Below, piece after piece: positions 23,683 through 32,315 of a DNA stretch of 64,000 bases. The stretch is from Eremomyces bilateralis CBS 781.70 (Eukaryota), in NCBI GenBank assembly GCA_010015585.1, contig ML975151.1; one strand, 5' to 3'. Below the pieces are notes generated by a model, which was not told the DNA's origin, did not search any database, and worked only from the letters and a program-made list of their open reading frames with translations. The translations under genes were made by a program, and so were the position numbers. How positions within the stretch are numbered: position 1 is the stretch's first letter; every line of letters starts with the position of its first letter.

Positions 23683-23955
23683 GGTTGCTTGGCTTATCGA
23701 AAAGGGGTTGGTTGAATTTGATGGATGGAGGGAACACCGAAGCCCGTGGGAATCAAAGGTCACATAAATAACAAATAAAGATAAATCTAATGTCGATAAC
23801 TATGGATACCGGCATTGCGTTCCGAAACTGGCACATTGCTTCCGATGATAGATATCCAGTTCCGACGCACTCTGCCTTCCGCCAAATCTAATTCAGATTA
23901 CACTAGATCAACGAGGATACTCAGGAACTATTCTACTCTCGCATCCTTTACACAA

Positions 23956-25933
23956 TTACCCAGCCATACCCTTCAGCGACGGCGTGATGCTTGCCTTTTC
24001 CACATCATTCGGTGTATCTGTACCGCTGGGGGAAAGGCCTTCAATGACGTGACCCTCATTTCCGAATGGAACCCTTTCGTATGGCTTTCCAGGCGGCGGG
24101 CTGATGAGACAGATAATGAAGTATATCAATCCAGCGCCAATGAAGCCGATAAACCAGGCTGTCTGGAATAGTTTGAGCCATGCAGGCGCTAACTTTGCAC
24201 CACCAGTGGCTACAACGAATCCCGCTTTTATGGTAGTTAGTAGCACGAACTGCAACTAGTTTGAATGTGAAACTTACGGAAACTGGGGAAGATCCCAATG
24301 GTCCAGGCGGTGAATGCTCTCCAGTTCAGCCCGAAAGTGTACCAGTAAATTGAACTCTTGTCACCGATGTACAGATGCGGAACGGTCCAGTTTCGCCGTC
24401 GGACGAACCAACTGTCGCAAGCGTTAGTGATTCGTGGTTCATTTTGGCACTGGAATCCTACAAGTCGACCGCATTGATCGCGGCAAGAGGCGACACAAAC
24501 ATGCCGAAAGAGTTCAGCACGGTAATGAAATTGCCAGGTGCGTTGACGAATCGCCATGGATTGATCAGATATCCGATGAGGCACATGATAAGACTACCAC
24601 GAGTAACGTCAACCCATCTCGGAGCGAGGGATGCAAGATCCATGCCGGCGGCGACTGAATTCTGGACTAGATTAACCTGGAATAATCAGTACTGAAATTT
24701 AGGAGATCGCGCTGAGCTAGTCGCTTACCGAAATCTGACTCAAGAAGAAGCCTAGTCCGGCAAAAAAGCAGCCGGCGCGGGTGGCAGCATTGTAATTATC
24801 GGAGAGAAGGAATTCTAGTAGTGTGATGGGTTGCCAGATCTCCTTGCCGTACATTGACTTGACGGCGCTCGTAGCGAATGTTCCAAGAGTTGCGGTGACC
24901 GTAATCGCAATGGGAACAGTGAACAGTTGGTTCAGCACAGGAGTTCTCTTGGTCTTTGCATATCGAGTCCAGTCGGCTTGTCTACGGCGTGTCAGCGGGC
25001 TATACAATAGTTTACATATGGTTTGACAAACCTGATTGCGCTACCTGTCCAGGAACCAGCAACTGAACTGACTGCTTGCAACATCTTGAACTTTCGGGTA
25101 CTGTCATCGACCTGGATCGATGCAGCAAGAGCAGAAGCGCCTCCATTGGAGGCAACTGCCCATATAAAGAGCCCGACAATGGTGGCAAGAACGGCGCCAA
25201 AAGCAAACCAGAGTAACCTATGCATTTTGGATGGATGAATGAGCATCAAAGGAGTGAAGATCATGATGTAAATGATGAACCCGATGAGCTGATTCGTGGT
25301 GATGGCTGCTTCGAGAGGAAGAGTGTTCCTCATATTTTGGAACGAAGGGAATATGGCTGAAAGGACAACTTTGACTGCAAGGCCGCCCCAGTATGCTTGA
25401 ATGCCGAAGCTACATAGACAATTAGGAGGCTAGATAGTGCCATAGAGAGACAAGCTTACTAGATGAAGTTGACGAAGCATTTAATCATGACGACAAAGAA
25501 GGATCCATACATTCCAAACGCAACCCGGCTCATCATTGGAAAGCCAATATGATATTGAACCTGCCAACTTTAGTTAGAGAGGCTTGAGGCGGATGGTGAA
25601 AGGTTGACTTACCCCTGGCTCTGCGCAAATAAAGGAAATAAGGCCTGCAAGAACTGATCCAACAAAGACCATGCCAATGGTCTCTCCAGCTGAGAGTCCA
25701 TTCGCGAGGTTACTCGATCCCAGTGTCCAGGCAGAGACGTTCACTGTTGCTGCAATCCAGAATCCGAAGTAGCCGCGCTGTGTGTAGTTGCGCTCCTCTG
25801 GGGGCGAGGGTGCACAATCGTGGTTCGTCCATCTGTTGAAAGTTGCTTCATCATCCCCTTCCTGCTTGACCTCCAAGGAGGTGAAAGTCCGGGGAATATG
25901 GACACGAGCCCTCAACCCGTTTAGGGCATTCAT
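23956..25933 (-). CDS. NCS1-family nucleobase/allantoin-type permease (Fur-like), multi-exon
   Basis: RWTNHDCAPSPPEERNY...FWIAATVNVSAWTLGS...ADWTRYAK...IWQPITLL...RAGCFFAG...GMDLASLAPRWVDVTRG...INPWR...GLNWRAFTAW. Confidence 0.9.
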
Positions 25934-26411
25934 GGTGACAACTTGTAAACGGAGGGGAATTCCGTTAAGTGCCAAATGAACAGGGAGCTTCAAGAAATAT
26001 TTATATCTAGCATCCCGCGTTTGTTGCAAAGAGCACTGGCGCAAGTTCTTGCTTGCATCCTGAGTACTGATTACCGATACCATGAGGCTGGAGACCAGAT
26101 AGATCGGAAGTGCTTCCAGCGCAAATGGTGAATGCCATACTGAATCGTAATTGCGCAGTAAACGAGCCCCTAAGAGAGATGCCTAGACTTTCCTAGAGGT
26201 TGTTGCTATCTGTTGTGGAGCAACCAAAGATACGAGCGCAGAGATACCCCAGGTTACTATAGTTCCCGCGAACACGTTCGGAACCCCGGAACTTCATTTT
26301 GAGCTTATCAGCAGATCTACAAGACAGCGACAAAATTTGGTTTTCTTAGTGGACTGGTTAGTGTCACCGATGATAGATTGGTTCAAGGAGATTGGAACAT
26401 CTGCGACCAAC

Positions 26412-26426
26412 CGGAATCGTCCCCGA
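26412..26426. promoter_or_regulatory. CGG-N8-CCGA site in the divergent NCS1/flavin reductase promoter (near-site at 26105-26118)
   Basis: CGGaatcgtccCCGA; near-match CGGaagtgcttCCA at 26105. Confidence 0.5.
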
Positions 26427-26754
26427 AGTCTATCGAACTTTCCGATGCGGTACCTGTAGCCTGTATCAGAGTGGCGGATGCACGCAACGAGGACTGTAGG
26501 AGTTTTCGACTTCGTCGGTTGGGACGACATACCACCAATGAGTTGCTAACTTATGGCAGGTTCGCATTGGAAAAATTCTTGCAAAAAGCCTCGTAGGGTT
26601 CCAAGATCTAGATGTATCGACCTTGCCGCAGTATCGACGGATAAACGTCGAAGTTTGACACCTGTTGCAAAATAGCAGCTGCCTTCTAAGGATTTGTTAA
26701 TATTCCTCTCCCCCCTACGGGTACTTTCCGGTAGTTACTTTGGTTCTCTAAATC

Positions 26755-27663
26755 ATGGCTTTTTCCCAAATCACGAACCTCCACGTCGAGGCATTCGACA
26801 AGGAAGCGTTGGTCCAACGGAACCCACATGCCGAGTTTCCAGCCGTCGAGGCCTCTCGTCCTGACTACGATCCGTCCAAATTCTGGGAGTACAGCAAAAC
26901 CCCTAAACCGAACTGGAAGCCGGGAAGTGGTTCTATATGCGATGCATGGAAGTCGCATACTCTCATTGCCATCGATCCCGATTCGCCAAACCGGACACAG
27001 AATCAGAACTACAAGTTGATGATTTCATCCACGGTTCCACGGCCCATTGCTCTCGTCAGCACAGTATCACGAGAGGGTGTACATAACCTGGCCCCGTTTT
27101 CCTACTTCAACACCGTCAGTGTGGATCCACCGCTTTACTCCGTCAGCTTCGTGGGGACAGAAGCCAATGACAGCTTGACCAACGTTCTCGACTCTGGGGA
27201 GTGCTGCATCTCTATCGTCAGCGACTGGTTTCTCGAAGCAGCAAACATGACGTCGGTGAACACCCCTCCACACGTGAGCGAATGGCCACTATCCGGACTG
27301 CATCCAGTCCATTCGCACATGGTCAAGCCACCTCATGTGGGAGAATCGGCGTTCAGCATCGAATGCCATGTGCACAGCACTATCCCAATCTACTCCCAGA
27401 GAGAAGTCCACGACGACGGACGTAAAGTGAGGACAGCTACCATGGTATTGTTTCGGGCAGTTATGTACCATGTGCGAGACGACGCCATCAACGATCGAAT
27501 GGAAACAGTAGATATTGGGGTGCTAAGGCCGGTATGGAGAGGAGGAGGTATTACATATGGCAGTTGTTTTGGCGGTTGGGAGACAGAAAGACCGAAGGCC
27601 TTTAGACATCTAGTGGAGCAGGAGGATGTCAAAGCTGTGCTTAACCAATTGCAAGTTTCATAG
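26755..27663 (+). CDS. Flavin reductase-like FMN-binding split-barrel protein (DIM6/NtaB family)
   Basis: NYKLMISSTVPRPIALVSTVS..GVHNLAPFSYFN.VSVDPP...DSLTNV...SEWPLSGL.P..S.MVKPPHVGESAFSIEC...LRPVWRGGGITY. Confidence 0.88.
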   Translation: MAFSQITNLHVEAFDKEALVQRNPHAEFPAVEASRPDYDPSKFWEYSKTPKPNWKPGSGSICDAWKSHTLIAIDPDSPNRTQNQNYKLMISSTVPRPIALVSTVSREGVHNLAPFSYFNTVSVDPPLYSVSFVGTEANDSLTNVLDSGECCISIVSDWFLEAANMTSVNTPPHVSEWPLSGLHPVHSHMVKPPHVGESAFSIECHVHSTIPIYSQREVHDDGRKVRTATMVLFRAVMYHVRDDAINDRMETVDIGVLRPVWRGGGITYGSCFGGWETERPKAFRHLVEQEDVKAVLNQLQVS

Positions 27664-27848
27664 ACGTCGATAGAACCAAGATCTCTCTGGATGATCTCTC
27701 TGGGTGTTCGAGTCCATGTGGCAGACTCCACGCCTTTGGAATCGTGTTACTCCGGGAGTATGTGTGGAATCAAAGTGCTCAGTGACGCAAGTTCTATAAT
27801 CTACATTCATTTCTTCGCTACATAAACATAAAATAACAGAGCCTTTAT

Positions 27849-28871
27849 TTAAGCTAACTGGCCCTTCTTGTACGGGAACTTCTCTCGGAAATTTTCCGCA
27901 ATCTGTGTCCTCGTTGCAACCCATACTCCCTCCTTTGTAGCAATGTACTCGACAAACTTCTGCAGGGCTGCAAACCGGGCAGGCTTCCCAATGCATCGAC
28001 AGTGCAACCCGACCGTCATCATCTTGGGCATTCCTTCCACACCCTCCTGATACAGCACGTCAAAAGCGCCCTTGACATGATCGTAGAAATCCATCGGCGC
28101 GCTGAATCCCGTGGCAACGTTGAACTTGTAGTCGTTGCAGTCGTATGAGTACGGAACCATCAGCATTCCTTGAGGGTTTGGCTCGTCCTTCTCGGCAGGT
28201 ACGTCCACCCAGTACGGAATGTCGTCGGCATATGAGTCGGATTGCCAAAGGAGAGGGAGGCCCATTTCCTTGTAAACATCCCATATAAGAGCATGAGATC
28301 GCGGTGAAAGACGTCCGTAGTACCACCCTTTGGGGTAGACACCGCTGACGTCTTTGATGGCTTTGATTCCCTTGCGAATGTATTCCTTCTCCTCTTCCGG
28401 GCCAACCGTGTGATAATCGATCCAGCGGTAGGCGTGCGATGCAATGTCGTGACCATTCTCCACCGAGGACTTGGCGACGGCGGGATTGTCTTCGAGGGCT
28501 TTGCCAACGGCATACAGAGTATATTTCATATTGTGCTTGTTGAACAAGCGAATGAGGCGCCAGACGCCGGCCCGGGCCCCGTAGTCATACTCGGATTCGA
28601 TATTGACTGCTCGCTCCTGGACATGCGGAGTTCCGCCCGGAGCTTCCCACAGGTGGGTCTCAGAATGAACGTCGCCGTTCAAGACAGTATGTTCTGCTCC
28701 TTCCTCATAGTTGATGACGAACGAGACGGCGATCTTCGCATTATTGGGCCACTGGGGATGGTGGGACTTCTCGCCGTATCCGATGAGGTCGCGAGGGAAG
28801 TCATAGTGGTCGTTCCATTCATATGGTGCAGCCTTCAAGGCATCCGATCCAAGATTGTATGGCGTAGACAT
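27849..28871 (-). CDS. Polysaccharide-deacetylase-fold cyclic amide hydrolase, PuuE allantoinase / HxnM type
   Basis: PRDLIGYG...PQWPNNAKIAVSFVINYEEGAE...ESEYDYGARAGVWR...HDIASHAYRW...GWYYGRLS...DSYADDIPYW...VPYSYDCND.KF...MMTVGLHCR.IGKPAR. Confidence 0.9.
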   Translation of the reverse strand: MSTPYNLGSDALKAAPYEWNDHYDFPRDLIGYGEKSHHPQWPNNAKIAVSFVINYEEGAEHTVLNGDVHSETHLWEAPGGTPHVQERAVNIESEYDYGARAGVWRLIRLFNKHNMKYTLYAVGKALEDNPAVAKSSVENGHDIASHAYRWIDYHTVGPEEEKEYIRKGIKAIKDVSGVYPKGWYYGRLSPRSHALIWDVYKEMGLPLLWQSDSYADDIPYWVDVPAEKDEPNPQGMLMVPYSYDCNDYKFNVATGFSAPMDFYDHVKGAFDVLYQEGVEGMPKMMTVGLHCRCIGKPARFAALQKFVEYIATKEGVWVATRTQIAENFREKFPYKKGQLA

Positions 28872-29392
28872 ATTGCTTGAGGAAGAGAGAGGGTAGGAAG
28901 AAGAATAGGATGTCGAAGGTCACGACTGTCTCGCCGCGAACAATGGTCCTACTTCTACTCACCTGTAATCCTAGATAAGCCACAATCAGCTCTTCTATTC
29001 TCGCTTGAACCTCTATCGTCACCTGAATTAGCAATCGCCCCGCCCCTCTAAATGGGAGGAGCAACTATTCCGACGGGTGATCGGATTCGGCACATCCGAT
29101 AGATAGTCGGGGCACCAGAGATGATACCGAACGGCCCGGCATCGGCTTGGATCATAGTGCTCTTCGAGATGCGATAAGAGCAATTGAACAAAACCGTGAG
29201 CTGCATATTGACTTCTATAGCCTCCTACCTTTTCCAGTGTTCTGAGCTCCAAAGAATTTGACAGCAGCAAGCCGGGAAGTTGACAGTTCGCTCAAATCAC
29301 GTATCTCCATAGCCCGCCTACAATTTTAGATCCTGTTACCCCTGGAGACGATACCTTACCCTTTTTGGACGCCAGTCAGTGACATCACAGTC

Positions 29393-31119
29393 ATGTCCGT
29401 CTTATTCACGACTATCTCAGAGTAGGCTCTGCACCACCAAACTTGTATGTTGGTATCCAATCTCACAATATTTTAAGGAAGAACCCGGTCACCGTCAATG
29501 ACGTCTGCAGCGCTCTTGCTAAAGTTGGCGGCGGCGTCAAACCTCGGGCTGAGGATGAAGCCGATTTCGTAAAGCTATTGGCGGCGGTACGTGGTGGCCT
29601 ATCGAGTTGCCGCCTGAAAATGCTAATAGTGACCGCATCGTAGTGCCACGATTGTGCCGCTTCCATTGACGCTCTGCCTGACTACGATGTTCCAACGGAC
29701 GGCAAACGGTTCCCGCGCAAAAATGTCCATCGCGTTCAACCGTCCGAGCAAGTGCTTGGCGCCGCGTGGGCGCACACCTTTTCCATCAAAGATGATTTCA
29801 TTCAAGGGCCGTTGAGCGGCAAGACCGTGTGTCTGAAAGACTGCATCTGCGTAGCAGGCGTACCACAGATCCTGGGAACGGAGATCATCGAGCCCTGGGA
29901 GCCAACCAGCGACGCAACAGTCGTGACGAGGACGCTAGAGGCTGGTGGCGAGATTGTAGGCACGGCCAACTGCGAGAACTGGTGTCAGAGCACCAGCTCC
30001 TTTTCCAGCGCGCATGGGACGGTAGAGAACCCACATGCAGCTGGGTACTCGGCGGGAGGAAGCACCTCTGGTGCTTCGGCACTGGTTGGAGCAGGCCTGG
30101 TCGACATCGCGATTGGCGCAGATCAAGGAGGAAGCATTCGAGTTCCCGCTGCACTTTGCGGCTGCGTGGGTCTGAAGCCGACGTTTGGACTTGTGCCCTA
30201 TACCGGCATCGCGAGCAACGACGCCATCAATGACCATGCTGGACCTCTTGCTAGCAACACGATGGACACGGCCTTGTGTCTCGACGCCATAAGCGGATAC
30301 GATGGTATTGACGACCGCTGCTTCGGAGCGCCCAAGCCCAGTAGCACAACCTTTGCCGCCGACTTGGCTGCCCCATCAGCAGCCGATCTCCGTGGCTTCA
30401 GGATTGGGATCCTTAAAGAAGCTTTTGAGCAAGCCACTGTTGAGCCGCGAATGAAGACCGCCGTGTTATCCGCGGCAAACCGATTCAAGGAGCTCGGTGC
30501 CACTGTCGCAGAGGTCTCCGTCCCAGATCATAATCTCGGAACTGCGATATGGACCATACAGCAACGGATCGCCGGGAGTCTATCGCTCCTCGGGCATACA
30601 ACAGGCCGACGCGGGCAAGGTTTGCCCGCGCTCCATGCTGCACGACTACCCTGGACGCAGGAGAAGTTCGACAAGTGCTTCCCAACCACGCAAAACACCA
30701 TGCTGAACGGCCTGTATTTGATGGAGCGTTTCCCATCCATCTACGCAAAGACGTTGAACCTCATCCGCCGCCTCACAGATTCATACGACCGGGTGTTGAA
30801 GGACTACGACGTGTTAATTCTCCCGACGACGCCGTTCGTCGCTCCGCGCCATGGCACACTCACTACCCCGATCGCAACCATTGAACCAACGGTAGGATTG
30901 ACCTGCAACACGGCCATGTTCGACGCCACGGGACATCCTGCGCTGACACTCCCTGTTGGCTGGCTGAGCGCAAAGGACAATAAGGACATATATCTGCCTG
31001 TTGGGATGCAAGTTATAGGCGGTATGTGGGAAGATGGCAAGGTATTGCGGGCTGCGTATGTCTGGGAGCAATCTTTTGACTGGAAAGCCATGAAGCCCGT
31101 GGTTAACGGCATGCACTGA
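29393..31119 (+). CDS. Amidase-signature family amidase, 3 exons
   Basis: Spliced MSVLFTTISE|..KNPVT..LLAA|..; GKTVCLKD (Lys), AGGSTSG (cis-Ser), GADQGGSIRVPAALCGCVGLKPT (Ser nucleophile). Confidence 0.92.
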
Positions 31120-32315
31120 ACTACTTAGCCGGCACTGTTAGACGAATGCAGTACTATCCAGGTGCAAGCCGGCCCTATTATAATCAATTTACGTTTAAAT
31201 TAGAGCCCAAGAAAACTTTATTATGTTGCCGAGTGTCGTCAGCCGCTCTACAGTTATATTCAGCAGAGCTTTCGGTCAACCAAATCGACATCGATATATC
31301 ACAGTGGATGGGTTATCTCACCAGCCACTCATGTCTCCTCTCCTACCATAGCGACGTGAGAGTTCCGGACGAAGAAAAATAAGCTTAGCCGATTACATTC
31401 TATTTAAGTATAAACTAATGAATCCCGATTCCCATTCCGCTACCACAGGATCTGACAGTATCTGGAAATCGGAGTTTGATTACGCCAAAATATGCTGTTG
31501 CCCCACCCGAGCCCCCACCCAGACCACCCAACAGATCCCCCAACAGACCCCGTAATTAACGGACCCCTCAAGGTACATAGTATGCACATAGGCATACTAA
31601 TGCTGTATTTGACCACCTGTAGCGCCACCAGTATCGTTTCTATTTTTAATAAAAAAACTCTTGGTAACTACACGTGAAGAGAGACATCGTATAAATCAAT
31701 ATAATTTAGAATAATAAGAAATAGAGCATATTTATTGACATTGTGGCAGGTGGTTGGTGAGGTGAGGTTTGAGGTTGGCAATTTTGCTACACTGTGTCTA
31801 CCATAATTAATGGACTGCTGTACGGAGTAGTACCGTACCATACACAATATTTGTACCCCGTACCCTGAGAGAACGTCCTGATTCCATCAACTTCAACCAT
31901 CTTTTCCGACTCTTTTTTCAGATTTACGAGATATCTACCAGCTAACTCCCGAAAGGGGCTTCTTTTCCCTCGAGTACAGCGGTTGAATACCATATTCCTT
32001 TTCAATGGACTGAATGCAACCCTGAGAACCTAATAGGTAGGTCCATTAAGTGCTGACAAAGAGAAGCAGCTATATCTCTGAAGTCAAGCTGCACGAGTCT
32101 TCAGCGAGGGGTCATGCTGTGAAGACGTGCAAGTGCTACGATGCTAGAGGGCTGCAGGCTGCGCCTCGGGCACAGCCTTATCTATCTCCTTTCGGCTTTT
32201 TAGATGATTCTATTTTATTCTCATTGATCCTCTACTTTTCGTTAGCGTCGCCTTCATGTCCTGATTTCAGTCTACAAATATGGCTTCATTTTCGACCGAT
32301 TTCGAGTTATGAGAC

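Noticed and set aside
23820..23882. CRISPR-like repeat-spacer reading of the periodic TTCCGA array
   Set aside because: 6-bp repeats, a eukaryotic context and no cas genes; better explained as TF half-sites
9142..31119. Calling the cluster the nicotinate (hxn), Rut, or a PKS/NRPS biosynthetic cluster
   Set aside because: There is no Mo-hydroxylase, FAD monooxygenase or C2H2 HxnR, no isochorismatase-type RutB, and no backbone synthase. The overlap is only partial and at family level.
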